A stretch of 64,000 bases of DNA, taken from assembly GCA_050298055.1 (NCBI GenBank), contig JBNKTL010000020.1, positions 2,028 to 66,027 of the forward strand, in the 5' to 3' direction. Position 1 is the stretch's first letter, and each line of letters starts with the position of its first letter. Below are positions 1 to 10,465 of the stretch, piece by piece. The notes beneath the pieces were generated by a model. It was given only the letters and a program-made list of their open reading frames with translations, was not told the DNA's origin and made no database searches. The DNA comes from Spirochaetota bacterium (GTDB lineage: Bacteria > Spirochaetota > UBA4802 > UBA5550). Both the position numbers and the translations under genes were made by a program.

Positions 1-250
1 CATCGGGCCCGGTATGTCAACGGCTCTTATTACCACACTTTACGGCGCCATCATGGCAAATGCCGTTCTTATCCCCATAGCCAACAAACTTGAAGTCCGC
101 AGCAACGAAGAGATCCTGTTGAAGCTGATAATGATTGAAGGGACCCTTTCCATACAGGCAGGTGATAATCCACGGATCGTAAGGGACAAGCTTATCGCGT
201 ATCTTGAGCCGGCCCAGAGGGATGAGATTACCCAGGAGGTTGGGGACTAA
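1..250 (+). CDS. motA: Flagellar motor stator protein MotA, C-terminal part (5' end lies outside the window)
   Basis: The translation TLYGAIMANAVLIPIANKLE...NPRIVRDKLIAYLEP matches the conserved MotA/TolQ/ExbB C-terminus. Its stop overlaps the motB start (TAATG). The reading frame is open back to position 1. Confidence 0.7.
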   Translation, partial: IGPGMSTALITTLYGAIMANAVLIPIANKLEVRSNEEILLKLIMIEGTLSIQAGDNPRIVRDKLIAYLEPAQRDEITQEVGD

Positions 251-1032
251 TGGCGGTAAAGAAGAAGAAAAAGGAGAAAAAAGGCGCTCCGGGCTGGATG
301 GTGTCCTGGTCGGATATGACCACGCTCCTTCTCACTTTCTTTATTGTTATGATGAGTTTTGCTGATATTGAGGGAAAGGACTTTTACCTTGTTCTCTCGT
401 CCTTCCGGGGTGCCCTGGGGATGTTTACAGGGGGTTACTCCCTCTCTGCGGGAAGGCTTGAGGAACTGGGACAGAACATGATGAACCTTCCCTCCACGGA
501 ATATGGGTCTGCTCTTGCCAAAAGTCTGAAAAAGGCCGTTTCAATCTTCAAACCGGAAATAGCCACCAGGAAAGTGAGGGTATCCGAAGATGAGAGAGGG
601 CTGGTCATAACCCTTTCCGGTGATGCTTTTTTTGATCCGGGAAGTGCCGTTCTGAAAAAAGGGACCAGGGATGTCCTCAACAAGGTTGCCCAGATAGTAA
701 ACAGAGTGGCCAATTTTGTCAGAATCGAAGGGCATACCGATGCCCGGCCTATTAATGTCACTGATGCGGCCAAAGGATACCCTACTAACTGGGAGCTCTC
801 AGCCAGCAGGAGTGTTAATGTACTCCGGTATCTTGAAGAAGAGGAGAGTGTCGATCCAAAAAAGCTCTCCGCTGTTGCCTTCGGGGAGCAGAGACCTCTT
901 GATGACAATAATACCCCTGAAGGAAGAGCATATAACAGGCGAGTTGATGTTGTTATTCTGCGGGACAAGGGTATTATAAAGAGTAAAAGCAGGAAGATCC
1001 AGAGACCGATACCTGATGAGGAGTGGAGATAA
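250..1032 (+). CDS. motB: Flagellar motor protein MotB (OmpA-like peptidoglycan-binding C-terminal domain)
   Basis: There is an N-terminal transmembrane segment followed by an OmpA_C-like motif (RIEGHTDARPI...NWELSASRSVNVLRYL...NRRVDVV). It is translationally coupled to motA. Confidence 0.8.
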   Translation: MAVKKKKKEKKGAPGWMVSWSDMTTLLLTFFIVMMSFADIEGKDFYLVLSSFRGALGMFTGGYSLSAGRLEELGQNMMNLPSTEYGSALAKSLKKAVSIFKPEIATRKVRVSEDERGLVITLSGDAFFDPGSAVLKKGTRDVLNKVAQIVNRVANFVRIEGHTDARPINVTDAAKGYPTNWELSASRSVNVLRYLEEEESVDPKKLSAVAFGEQRPLDDNNTPEGRAYNRRVDVVILRDKGIIKSKSRKIQRPIPDEEWR

Positions 1033-1090
1033 GGTGACCTCTGTTTATTGAGGCGCACCAGGGAACATTTCTCCGTAAATGAATAAATTA

Positions 1091-1119
1091 ATTGACATAA
1101 AAGGTGAAATATGATATTA
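1091..1119 (+). promoter_or_regulatory. Sigma-70-type promoter upstream of fliL: TTGACA-N17-TATTAT with an extended -10 TG
   Basis: TTGACA sits at 1091-1096. A 17-nt spacer is followed by TGnTATTAT ending at 1119, about 135 nt upstream of the fliL ATG. Confidence 0.5.
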
Positions 1120-1256
1120 TGTCGCATAGACAGAGTAATACATCTTTTTATTTACTGTTTTGCCAATTTTTATTATACTAATCATGTATCGGGTCCTGTG
1201 TCCGGATAAAGTGCGGAAAACAGGAGAGGGTATATAAAAAAAACAGGAATTGAGTT

Positions 1257-1787
1257 ATGGGTGACGAGGAAAGAGATGATTTAATGGAAGAGGAAGAGGG
1301 TGGCCAGGTCGAAGAGGCCCCGACCTCTACGGAGACTTCCAAAATTGTTAAAATTCTGCTCTATGTGGCAGGAGGGATACTCCTCATTGTGCTGGTTACA
1401 GGTATATCCTATCTTGTTTCCAAAAATGTGCAGGAGAGCAGCTACGAGAAGAGCCAGGACATTGTAGCGGCACCGCCTCCTCCTCCCCTTCATACTTTTG
1501 AGCTGCCCTCTTTCTCAAAGACGACGGCTGATGCGGAACCCCATTTTGTCAAGATGACAGTCTCCCTGGGGTATGAACTGAGTGTTGAGCTCAATAATGA
1601 ACTGGTGAGAAGAAAGGACGAGATACAGCATATTGTGAATATCATTATGCAGGGCAAGAAGTATGAGGACCTCAACTCCGTGGATGATGCGGTTATGCTC
1701 GCTGAAGAGATTAAGGCCCACATAAATATCAGGCTGATCTCCGGAAAGATAAAAGAAGTTTATTTTAAAGAATTTGTAGTAAATTAA
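1257..1787 (+). CDS. fliL: Flagellar basal-body-associated protein FliL
   Basis: It has a single N-terminal transmembrane segment and the FliL-family C-terminal region (HFVKMTVSLGYELS...EEIKAHINIRL). Its position after motAB is typical. Confidence 0.75.
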   Translation: MGDEERDDLMEEEEGGQVEEAPTSTETSKIVKILLYVAGGILLIVLVTGISYLVSKNVQESSYEKSQDIVAAPPPPPLHTFELPSFSKTTADAEPHFVKMTVSLGYELSVELNNELVRRKDEIQHIVNIIMQGKKYEDLNSVDDAVMLAEEIKAHINIRLISGKIKEVYFKEFVVN

Positions 1788-1881
1788 ACAAAGGCAGATT
1801 GTGCGGCAGTTCCGTCTGTCTGAAAGGAAATAAATTGCAGGTGTTGATGAATAATTTTTATGAATTTTACCGGGGGGCTTT

Positions 1882-2937
1882 ATGGGTGACGGCTCTTTAT
1901 CACAAGACGAAATAGATGCCCTGTTGCAGGGTGCGGATGATATGATGGCGCCTGTTGAAACGGCGCCTGCTATGGATTTTAAACAATCGAGCGGGGCTGT
2001 CTCACCGGCAGAACAGAATGCCATAAGGGACATTTTAAATACAACAATAAGTGCGGTTGCCCCTTCACTGAGCGGTTACCTGGGGGGTAAGGCGCTGACT
2101 ATCGGGAATCCTGTAGTTGAGGTAAAACCTCAGGATGCAATCAGGGGGGATTTCCCCGCCAAGTACGTGCAGGTCTCCATGGACTATTCCGGGGCCATCA
2201 GCGGCAAGAACCTTATCGTTTTTAATATGAAGGATGCGGGTGTCATCTCATCCCTTATGATGGGTGATGATCCCCCTGCCGCCCCGGCGGAACTTAACGA
2301 TGCTTATCTCAACACTTTGCAGGAATTCACGAACCAGCTTCTTTCGTCTCTGGCTACCCAGTTCAGCAATAAGCTGGGTGGCGGAATAAACACTACCCCG
2401 GCAACAGTCTCCGTCGTAAACTCTTCGGCGGAACTTCAGCTGCCCCCGGGTGAATCGGTTAAGGTCAGTTATGATATTATAATAGAAGGAATTTTAAGCT
2501 CCAGGCTTTTTCATATTATAGACCTGGGGATTTCCCAGGGGCTCTCACGGGGAAGTGCTCCGGCGTTTTCTTCTCAGCAGCAGCCGCAGCAGCAGTATCA
2601 GCAGGCCGGCCAGGTCGGCATAAGCCCGGTAAAATTTCCTCCGCTGGATGAAGGAATTTCATCCGGAATGGTCGGTGATATATCACTTCTTCTCGACGTG
2701 CCCATGACTCTCACTGTCGAGCTTGGAAGGACTACCCGGCTTGTTCAGGAGATCCTGGGACTGGGTGAAGGGTCAATCATTGAACTGGACAAACTTGCAG
2801 GTGAGCCGGTTGACCTTCTTGTTAACGGAAAGCTCATTGCAAAGGGCGAGGTCGTTGTTATCGATGAAAACTTCGGGGTCCGGGTCACAGATATCGTCAG
2901 TCCCGATGATAGACTTATGAGCCTGAGGCAGGAGTAG
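1882..2937 (+). CDS. fliY: Flagellar motor switch protein FliY/FliN (CheY-P-binding N-terminal peptide, CheC-like middle domain, FliN/SpoA C-terminal domain)
   Basis: The N-terminus carries LSQDEIDALL. The C-terminus (PMTLTVELGRTTRLVQEILGLGEGSIIELDKLAGEPVDLLVNGKLIAKGEVVVIDENFGVRVTDIV) is near-identical in pattern to the FliN SpoA domain. At 351 aa with a middle domain, it fits the FliY architecture. Confidence 0.75.
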   Translation: MGDGSLSQDEIDALLQGADDMMAPVETAPAMDFKQSSGAVSPAEQNAIRDILNTTISAVAPSLSGYLGGKALTIGNPVVEVKPQDAIRGDFPAKYVQVSMDYSGAISGKNLIVFNMKDAGVISSLMMGDDPPAAPAELNDAYLNTLQEFTNQLLSSLATQFSNKLGGGINTTPATVSVVNSSAELQLPPGESVKVSYDIIIEGILSSRLFHIIDLGISQGLSRGSAPAFSSQQQPQQQYQQAGQVGISPVKFPPLDEGISSGMVGDISLLLDVPMTLTVELGRTTRLVQEILGLGEGSIIELDKLAGEPVDLLVNGKLIAKGEVVVIDENFGVRVTDIVSPDDRLMSLRQE

Positions 2938-2999
2938 GACCGGACAATCAGCAAAACAGCCGGTCGGGAAAAATAATTGAACATGAATAATACGATTTA

Positions 3000-3782
3000 A
3001 TGAGACATAATTTGAGACATAATCCCAGGTTCTTATGTGACATAATCATCTTTTTGCTTACAGTGGTTCTTCTTCTCGATGCCTCGGCTCTCTCTGCAAA
3101 GAAGAAAGTGAAAAAGAGGCCGGGGAAAAAGGTTGCCGTTGCAAAGGTTGAAAAAAATGCTCCGAAGAATGTGCCTCTTCCTGAAAAAAACTCCGGTGAG
3201 AAAGAGGACAGGGACAAAAAGGAAAAAGCAGAAGACAGCCCGGTAAAGAAAGAGTATACCGATGAGGATTTTCAGCCTGTAGTGGAAGAGGAGTCCTACG
3301 GCTGGCTGATATTCAAGACTATCCTGATCATGGGCCTTATTGTGGCAGGGTTCTACTATTTCCTCAGGTATGTTACCCGGAAGACCGCAGTTCAGGTGCT
3401 GGGTCAGGATGCGGTACAGGTCCTTTCGATGGTCCCCATAGGCCAGAACAAGTATCTCCAGATAGTGGACCTTGCGGGAAAGCTCTTTGTCCTGGGGATT
3501 GCCGAGAACAGCATTAACCTTATAACCGAAATTGATGATAAGAGTGAAATCGACCGGATAAGGCTGCTCAGTACCAAATCATCCGGTGAGAGAGGAAAGG
3601 GCTTCCAGGAGTATATAGCCAGGCACCTTGGCGGCCTTCTGGGGAGACTTAACGAGAAGAGGAGCGGACCGGTTAAAGGGGACAGTGAGTTTCTGTCAGG
3701 CCGGGAGAGCGGTATCGATCTCGATTATCTGAAAAGACAGAGAAAAAGACTGAAAAATCTTAACGGTTTTAGCGATGAATAA
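3000..3782 (+). CDS. fliO: Flagellar biosynthesis protein FliO/FliZ family (start codon uncertain)
   Basis: A signal-like N-terminus and lysine-rich linker are followed by a single transmembrane segment (GWLIFKTILIMGLIVAGFYYFL). A FliO-like conserved region follows (LQIVDLAGKLFVLGIAENSINLI). It overlaps the fliP start. Confidence 0.55.
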   Translation: MRHNLRHNPRFLCDIIIFLLTVVLLLDASALSAKKKVKKRPGKKVAVAKVEKNAPKNVPLPEKNSGEKEDRDKKEKAEDSPVKKEYTDEDFQPVVEEESYGWLIFKTILIMGLIVAGFYYFLRYVTRKTAVQVLGQDAVQVLSMVPIGQNKYLQIVDLAGKLFVLGIAENSINLITEIDDKSEIDRIRLLSTKSSGERGKGFQEYIARHLGGLLGRLNEKRSGPVKGDSEFLSGRESGIDLDYLKRQRKRLKNLNGFSDE

Positions 3783-4539
3783 ACGAATATTCTATATTAC
3801 CCTATTTATTTTCCTGGCCATTCCGGCGGTATCATTTGCGCAGAATGTTGGCGGTTTGAGAATGCCGATACCGAAGATCGCGTTTGATATTGAGGAGGCA
3901 TCGTCTCCCAAGGATGTTGCTCTCAGCCTCCAGATACTCTTTCTTATTACCATACTGACGCTGGCGCCATCTATAATCATGATGCTTACGTCCTTTACCC
4001 GCGTGGTTATTGTCCTCGATTTTATCAAGCGTGCCCTCTCCCTTCAGCAGATGCCGCCCACCCAGGTTATTGTGGGGCTTGCTCTCTTCCTGACAATATT
4101 CATTATGGCACCTACATTGAAAGACGCGAACGATAACGCGCTGCAGCCCTATCTGAACGGTAAGATCAACAACCGGGTCTTTTTCGACCGCGGCGTGGAG
4201 CCATTTAAGAAGTTTATGTTTAAACATACCCGGGAAAAGGATATCGCCCTCTTTGTGAAGCTCGCGAAGATCGAAAAGCCGAAGACAAAAAAGGACGTTC
4301 CCCTTTACTGTCTCATCCCGGCTTTTATGATAAGTGAGCTGAAGGTTGCCTTTGAGATCGGGGTTTATCTTTTTATTCCTTTTATCGTGATCGATATGAT
4401 TGTTGCCAGCGCGCTCATGGCCATGGGGATGATAATGCTTCCCCCGGTTATGATTTCACTGCCCTTTAAGATTATCCTTTTTGTGCTGGTTGACGGATGG
4501 AACCTCATCACATATGAACTGGTAAGGTCCTATGGATAG
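3775..4539 (+). CDS. fliP: Flagellar type III secretion apparatus protein FliP
   Basis: It has a signal peptide and the conserved FliP motifs (LTSFTRVVIVLDFIKRALSLQQMPPTQVIVGLALFLTIFIMAP). Confidence 0.9.
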   Translation: MNKRIFYITLFIFLAIPAVSFAQNVGGLRMPIPKIAFDIEEASSPKDVALSLQILFLITILTLAPSIIMMLTSFTRVVIVLDFIKRALSLQQMPPTQVIVGLALFLTIFIMAPTLKDANDNALQPYLNGKINNRVFFDRGVEPFKKFMFKHTREKDIALFVKLAKIEKPKTKKDVPLYCLIPAFMISELKVAFEIGVYLFIPFIVIDMIVASALMAMGMIMLPPVMISLPFKIILFVLVDGWNLITYELVRSYG

Positions 4540-4550
4540 GAGTAACGGCG

Positions 4551-4826
4551 ATGACTGAACTGCTGGTAATTAAGATACTGAGAGAATCTCTCATGACCGT
4601 GCTCATTGTTTCCGCGCCGATACTGGGGGCGGGAATGATTGTGGGCCTTATCGTTTCAATTTTTCAGACCACAACTTCGCTGCAGGAACAGACCCTGACC
4701 TTTGTTCCGAAGATCATTGCCATCTTCGCGGCCATTATGATCTTCGCGTCATGGATCATCAGGACACTGGTCAACTATACGAACCATATATTTTCATTAA
4801 TTGAAAAACTGGGGACCGGCGGATGA
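4551..4826 (+). CDS. fliQ: Flagellar export apparatus protein FliQ
   Basis: A 91-aa protein with two transmembrane segments, showing a FliQ/HrpO/YscS-family pattern, lying between fliP and fliR. Confidence 0.85.
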   Translation: MTELLVIKILRESLMTVLIVSAPILGAGMIVGLIVSIFQTTTSLQEQTLTFVPKIIAIFAAIMIFASWIIRTLVNYTNHIFSLIEKLGTGG

Positions 4827-5602
4827 AATATTTTGTTTTCCATTTCCAGGTTTTCCTGCTGATAATGGTGCGGCTGACAGCAATGACTGTTGTCGCGCCA
4901 TTTTTTTCAAGCGGGCTTTTCCCTTTCAGGTTGAAGGTCATGCTGGCTTTTTTTATTTCGCTCCTGATTTTTCCGGGACTTCTCTCAAAGGGATTTAAGC
5001 TGCCCGATTCAATGGGAGCATACTACGTCCTCCTGGTTGGCGAAGTCCTTATCGGTATTTATATCGGCTTTCTTGTTTCCGTGGTTTTCGCGGCTTTCCA
5101 GCTGTCAGGACAGTATTTCGCGGTGCAGATAGGTTTCGGTATGAGTGAGGTCATGGACCCTGTTGCCCAGGTTTCCGTGCCCATCGTGGGACAGCTGAAA
5201 AACCTTATCGGGCTCCTTGTGTTTATGGCCATTAACGGGCACCACTTCATGATCGAAGCGATATACAGGTCCTATGAACTGGCGCCCTTTGTCAGCACCA
5301 GGAAAGCGGTCCTCGGGGGTATGCTGAAATATATGGTCCACTCATTCAGCGGGATGTTTGTTATTGCATTGAAGATTGCCCTTCCGGTTGTGGGGACAAT
5401 CTTCCTTATTTCGGTAAGCATGGGGATCCTGGCAAAGGCCGCGCCGCAGATGAATATCATGATGCTGGGATTTCCCTTTAAGATAGTGGTGGCCTTCGGG
5501 GTCCTTGTACTCATTACGCCCATGGTTGTAAGGATTATGCAGGTGAGCCTTGAGAGGACTTTCACGTTTATTACAAAAGTACTGGTTCACTGGCCGATTT
5601 AA
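4823..5602 (+). CDS. fliR: Flagellar export apparatus protein FliR
   Basis: A 259-aa polytopic membrane protein that overlaps fliQ by 4 nt, in the canonical position. Confidence 0.85.
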   Translation: MKYFVFHFQVFLLIMVRLTAMTVVAPFFSSGLFPFRLKVMLAFFISLLIFPGLLSKGFKLPDSMGAYYVLLVGEVLIGIYIGFLVSVVFAAFQLSGQYFAVQIGFGMSEVMDPVAQVSVPIVGQLKNLIGLLVFMAINGHHFMIEAIYRSYELAPFVSTRKAVLGGMLKYMVHSFSGMFVIALKIALPVVGTIFLISVSMGILAKAAPQMNIMMLGFPFKIVVAFGVLVLITPMVVRIMQVSLERTFTFITKVLVHWPI

Positions 5603-5680
5603 ACCGGGGGTAAATACGCCCTTTTCCGGGTGGTTCCGGGGCAGGGGCCGGTTTAAGCGGGGTATTTCTAAAAAAAGTTT

Positions 5681-6841
5681 ATGAGAGAATTTGTATTAGA
5701 AAAATATGACAGCCTGTGGGGCTCTTCGGTGTTTGACGGTTTCTGCTTTGATCTTCAGCTCTTTGCCGCTGAGGATGAAGGAAGAACCGAAGAACCGACG
5801 GAGAAGAAAATCCGTGAAGCAAGGGAGAAGGGACAGGTCGCAAAAACCCAGGAGCTTTCGCAGGCAATCGTTGTCATCTTTGGCTTCCTGGTCATTTTTA
5901 TGTTCAGTTCGTATATATTTGATTCCATAACAATGATCACGAAACACTACCTCTCTTCCTTCTCCACGAAAACACTGACAGCGAGAAACTTTCAAAAAGA
6001 GATGTTTGCTCTTATCTTCCAGTGCGGTAAAATACTGCTTCCCATATTCATCGCCGCAAGTGTTGCTGCCATACTGGGAAATATTGTACAGGTGGGCTTC
6101 CAGATATCCGCCCATCCTTTGAAATTCGATCTCAGCAAAATGAAATTTGACCCGGCAACAATGATGAAGAAGATCTTCTTTTCCAAGCAGGTGGCAATGA
6201 ACCTCTTCAAGTCTGTTTTCAAGGTCACGGTGATAGGGCTCATCTCGTACCTGATTATTATGGATGACTTTGACAAGATAATGGCGCTTCCCGATATCTC
6301 AGTGACCATGGCGCTGAAGACAGTGCTTGTATCGGGGCTGAAAATTATCATGTGGTCGTCTGTTCTCCTTCTTGTATTGTCGATACCCGACTATTTTTTT
6401 CAGAAAAAGGAATTTATTGAATCGTTAAAAATGACCAAGCAGGAAATCAAGGAGGAGCTCAAGGAAACAATGGGGGACCCGTATCTCCGGGCGCGGCTCC
6501 GGGAGATGCAGAGGGACCTTGTACTCCGGAACATGATAAGGGAGGTCCCTAAAGCGGATGTGGTGGTCACAAACCCCACGCACTTTGCGGTGGCGCTGAA
6601 ATATGAGAGGGCCACAATGGAAGCTCCCACTGTGATTGCCAAGGGTGTGGACAGCATGGCCCTGAAGATCAGGCAGATTGCAAAAGAGAATGATATTACA
6701 CTGATAGAAAACCGTCCGCTGGCCCGGGAGATGTACAGCAGGCTGGAAGTGGGAGATATTATTCCCGAGGACCTCTTCTACGCGGTATCGCTGGTTTACG
6801 CGGAACTCTATAAAAAGAACCGGTTCAGTGAGGCGATTTAA
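5681..6841 (+). CDS. flhB: Flagellar export switch protein FlhB
   Basis: The N-terminus has AEDEGRTEEPTEKKIREAREKGQVAKTQEL. The NPTH autocleavage motif is present (VVTNPTHFAVAL). Confidence 0.9.
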   Translation: MREFVLEKYDSLWGSSVFDGFCFDLQLFAAEDEGRTEEPTEKKIREAREKGQVAKTQELSQAIVVIFGFLVIFMFSSYIFDSITMITKHYLSSFSTKTLTARNFQKEMFALIFQCGKILLPIFIAASVAAILGNIVQVGFQISAHPLKFDLSKMKFDPATMMKKIFFSKQVAMNLFKSVFKVTVIGLISYLIIMDDFDKIMALPDISVTMALKTVLVSGLKIIMWSSVLLLVLSIPDYFFQKKEFIESLKMTKQEIKEELKETMGDPYLRARLREMQRDLVLRNMIREVPKADVVVTNPTHFAVALKYERATMEAPTVIAKGVDSMALKIRQIAKENDITLIENRPLAREMYSRLEVGDIIPEDLFYAVSLVYAELYKKNRFSEAI

Positions 6842-6874
6842 TGAGAAACGAAATGAACAGAGGGAGAAGAAATA

Positions 6875-8977
6875 ATGGCTGAAGCGGCAACAGGCGGATT
6901 ATTTTCCGGGGAAGGGGGACGGCTCTGGATGCAGAAGAACGACATCCTTATGGGGATAGGCATTATCGCCGTTGTGATTATGCTGGTCATTCCGCTTCCC
7001 ACGTTTCTGCTCGATTTTCTTATGGCCGTAAGCATCATGAGCGGACTCCTTGTTCTCATGATCGTCATGTTTGTGCACAAGTCGTTTGACTTTTCTGTTT
7101 TTCCTTCACTTCTCCTTATCTCAACAGTGTTCCGTCTCGCTCTTAATGTCTCTTCGACCCGTTTGATCCTTCTTGAAGGAGCCGCCTTTGACGGAAAGAT
7201 CATCAGGGCCTTCGGGAACTTTGTGGTGGGAGGGAACTATGTTGTCGGCGCCATTATCTTTATCATCCTTGTTGCCGTTCAGTTCATCGTCATAACAAAG
7301 GGCGCCACCCGAACGGCGGAAGTAGCGGCCAGGTTTACACTGGACGCAATGCCGGGCAAGCAGATGAGCATAGACTCCGATCTCTCCAACGGCGCGATTA
7401 CCGAAGAGGAAGCAAATGAAAGAAGAAGTGAGATCAGGAAGGAGGCGGACTTCTACGGGGCAATGGATGGTGCTTCGAAGTTCGTTCAGGGTGACGTCCG
7501 TGTTGGTCTTATTATTACCCTGATAAATGTGATCGGCGGTTTTATCGTGGGGATGGTTATGAGGGGAGAAACATTCGACATTGCCCTCAAGACCTATACA
7601 CTGCTGAGTATCGGTGACGGCCTGGTGAGCCAGATCCCGTCGCTTCTTATCACCACGGCAACAGGTGTGATTGTGACACGGGCGGTTTCCAATGAGAACA
7701 TGGGAGACCAACTCGCGAACCAGCTCGGTTCTCAGCCGCGGGCCCTCCTCATCACAGCCGGCGCCCTGGGGTTCTCGGTCCTTATTCCCGGTTTCCCGAA
7801 GATTTCGCTTCTCATTCTCGCTGCGGGGCTTGCCTCCCTGGGAGTGGTCCTCAACAGGACACAGTCCGAGGAGAGGGAAATTGCCGATAAGGAGAAAAAG
7901 GAAGCGGCCATGAAGGAGCACAGGCCGGAATCGGTTGTCCAGCTTATACAGGTTGATCCCCTTGAGGTGGAGATCGGGTACAACCTGATACCCCTTGTTG
8001 ATCCGGAACAGGGGGGTACGCTTCTTGACAGGATCACCAATATCAGAAGAAGGAGCGCCCTGGACATGGGGCTTATCGTTCCCCCCATCAGGATCAGGGA
8101 CAACATGGAGCTTGACCCCGAGGTCTACACCATTCTCATTAAAGGCGTGGAAGTGGGAAGGGGCGTCCTGCAGGTGGGAAACCTTATGGCAATGGATTCC
8201 GGTGAAGTTACCGAGAGGATAGAGGGCAAGGAGTTTATAGAACCTGTATTCAACCTCAAGGCCATATGGATTGAACCGGACCTCAGGGACCAGGCGGAAA
8301 GCAGGGGGTATACCGTGGTTGACTGTCCCACCATCATTGCCACGCACCTCACGGAGATCATCAAGGTCCATGCCGACGAGATACTGGGAAGGCAGGAGGT
8401 TCAGGAGCTCATTGATAACGTGAAGACCGACTATCCCGCCGTAGTGAGCGAGATAAACGAGAAGACCTCCACCGGTGAAGTGCAGAAGATACTGCAGAAC
8501 CTCCTCCGGGAGAGGGTCTCTATCAGGAACATGGTATCCATCCTTGAGGCAATCGCCAGCTATTCGGATGTCACAAAGGACACGGGGCTTCTTACGGAAT
8601 ATGTGAGAGTGGCTCTCTCCCGGCAGATTGTCAGCGACTACCTTGACGAAGAGAGGAACCTCCCGGTGATAACAGTGGACCCTGAAATTGAGAATATCAT
8701 AAGGGGGTCCATTCATGAAGATCCCGTTGAGGGGAAAATCCTCGGGCTTGATCCGGACACCCACAATATGATTCTCAAGGCGCTTATCGATGCTTTCAAC
8801 AGCGCCAGGAATACGGGGCATGCGGGAATATTCCTTGTGTCCCCCTATACCAGAAGTGTAACATTCTCACTGCTGGAGAGGGAGATACCTTCTCCGGTTG
8901 TACTTTCATATAATGAGATTCCGGGCAACATCAGGGTGAATGTGGTGGTATCAGCGCTGCTTTCAACCGCGGCATAG
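6875..8977 (+). CDS. flhA: Flagellar export gate protein FlhA
   Basis: A 700-aa protein with an FHIPEP-family N-terminal membrane domain ([16 protein letters not shown]) and a large cytoplasmic domain. Confidence 0.9.
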   Translation: MAEAATGGLFSGEGGRLWMQKNDILMGIGIIAVVIMLVIPLPTFLLDFLMAVSIMSGLLVLMIVMFVHKSFDFSVFPSLLLISTVFRLALNVSSTRLILLEGAAFDGKIIRAFGNFVVGGNYVVGAIIFIILVAVQFIVITKGATRTAEVAARFTLDAMPGKQMSIDSDLSNGAITEEEANERRSEIRKEADFYGAMDGASKFVQGDVRVGLIITLINVIGGFIVGMVMRGETFDIALKTYTLLSIGDGLVSQIPSLLITTATGVIVTRAVSNENMGDQLANQLGSQPRALLITAGALGFSVLIPGFPKISLLILAAGLASLGVVLNRTQSEEREIADKEKKEAAMKEHRPESVVQLIQVDPLEVEIGYNLIPLVDPEQGGTLLDRITNIRRRSALDMGLIVPPIRIRDNMELDPEVYTILIKGVEVGRGVLQVGNLMAMDSGEVTERIEGKEFIEPVFNLKAIWIEPDLRDQAESRGYTVVDCPTIIATHLTEIIKVHADEILGRQEVQELIDNVKTDYPAVVSEINEKTSTGEVQKILQNLLRERVSIRNMVSILEAIASYSDVTKDTGLLTEYVRVALSRQIVSDYLDEERNLPVITVDPEIENIIRGSIHEDPVEGKILGLDPDTHNMILKALIDAFNSARNTGHAGIFLVSPYTRSVTFSLLEREIPSPVVLSYNEIPGNIRVNVVVSALLSTAA

Positions 8978-9006
8978 AGCCGGGGAAAATGCTTAATAAG
9001 GAGTAG

Positions 9007-10440
9007 ATGAAAATGAGGTACGTAAAGATCAGGGCCAAAACATATAATGAGGCCATGAAGAAACTGAAAATCGAACATGGGGATGAAGCCATACCCATCA
9101 GTCATAAATATGTAAAGGAGGGAGGGCTCTTTAACACGGGGCTTTTCTCCCGGCAGGTGGTCGAGGTTACGGCGGGGATCCATGACCGCCTGAAGAAAAC
9201 AGCTGCCGGTCCGGGCAGGAAAAAGGTTGATTTTCTTGTGGGAAGCAGGGATGACGATCCCGGCACGTTAACCGGCCGTAATCCCGGGAAAAGTGATAAA
9301 CCCGCAGGAGACCTGGTCCCCGTTGCAAAAGGGGATGCCGGTAAACCGGGATCGGAGGGGACCTCCCGGCGTGAAATGAATCTTGATTCGCTCTCCAGAA
9401 CAATTGATGCCCTGAACAGCAACCTGAACGGGCTGGGCCCGAAACCGGGGAACAAGTCGGCGAAAGATGCGCAGCCTGCAGCCGCCAGACCGGAAGACCC
9501 GGCAGCAAAGGCAGAGGCCGTTGATCAATCCTTTGCTGAACTCATGTCAACCCGGGAGAGAGAGCTCCTGAATTTACCCTTAAATGACAACAGTAACTTG
9601 ACAGAATCGGAAAAAAAGAGCATAATAAGTGAAAACCGGCAGGGCGGTTATGATGTGGAAGGCAATCTTGAAAAGTTCGACCATATCCTGAAGGACAATG
9701 ACTTCGATGATGAAGAGAGGAAGAAAATTCTCGGGAGGGTAAAGGACTCAATCAGCAGGGATGACCTGAAAGACAGGTATAAGATTGAAAAGAGCCTTAA
9801 GGAACTGATGAGGAGCAGGATCGTAACTACCGGCCTTATGGACACCGGTAGTAAGAAAAAGATCATTATGTTCATTGGACCTACCGGGGTGGGCAAGACC
9901 ACGACCATGGCAAAGCTTGGCGCCCTCTATTCTCTGCGGGAGGGGAAAAAAGTCGTTTTTCTTACGATTGACAACTATCGTATTGCCGCTACCGAACAGC
10001 TGAAAAAATATGCCGAAATAATGAGGATCCCTATCCATGCGGTAAATAACCAGAAAGACTTTACAGAAAAGATTGCAGAAGAAAACGCGGATATCATTCT
10101 TGTTGATACCTCGGGCAGGAGTCATAGAAATGATGTTAAGATTACCGAGATCAAGGCCTACGCGGACGCAATCGAGTATGATTTTGAGAAGGTCCTCTGT
10201 GTCAGCGCAAACATCAAGAAGAGGGACCTGGATGACGTTTTCCGGGCTTTCGATGTGATGGATTTTGATTCTGTCGTGATAACAAAGGTGGATGAAACTT
10301 CTTTTATTGGGAATATCGTGGATATTGCCGATAAGTATAAAAAACCTATAGCTTATTATACCAACGGGCAGGAAGTGCCCAATGACATTGAAGTAGCTGA
10401 TTCTGAAAAAATTGTCGACATGATGCTTGGCAATATTTAG
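9007..10440 (+). CDS. flhF: Flagellar biosynthesis SRP-type GTPase FlhF
   Basis: The C-terminal NG domain carries a P-loop FIGPTGVGKTTTMAKLG, a DTSGRS motif and TKVDET. The N-terminus is basic and low-complexity. Confidence 0.85.
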   Translation: MKMRYVKIRAKTYNEAMKKLKIEHGDEAIPISHKYVKEGGLFNTGLFSRQVVEVTAGIHDRLKKTAAGPGRKKVDFLVGSRDDDPGTLTGRNPGKSDKPAGDLVPVAKGDAGKPGSEGTSRREMNLDSLSRTIDALNSNLNGLGPKPGNKSAKDAQPAAARPEDPAAKAEAVDQSFAELMSTRERELLNLPLNDNSNLTESEKKSIISENRQGGYDVEGNLEKFDHILKDNDFDDEERKKILGRVKDSISRDDLKDRYKIEKSLKELMRSRIVTTGLMDTGSKKKIIMFIGPTGVGKTTTMAKLGALYSLREGKKVVFLTIDNYRIAATEQLKKYAEIMRIPIHAVNNQKDFTEKIAEENADIILVDTSGRSHRNDVKITEIKAYADAIEYDFEKVLCVSANIKKRDLDDVFRAFDVMDFDSVVITKVDETSFIGNIVDIADKYKKPIAYYTNGQEVPNDIEVADSEKIVDMMLGNI

Positions 10441-10465
10441 AATTTATTTTTTACGGAGGATTCCA

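Noticed and set aside
435-1127. A 230-aa minus-strand ORF overlapping motB
   Set aside because: It is antisense to motB and its composition is Ser/Leu-rich low-complexity. It is a spurious shadow ORF.
7121-8821. A 566-aa ORF on the minus strand entirely inside flhA
   Set aside because: It is antisense to a highly conserved, confidently identified gene. Its amino-acid composition is low-complexity and R/G/P-rich, typical of a frame artefact of a GC-skewed coding region. No RBS is present.
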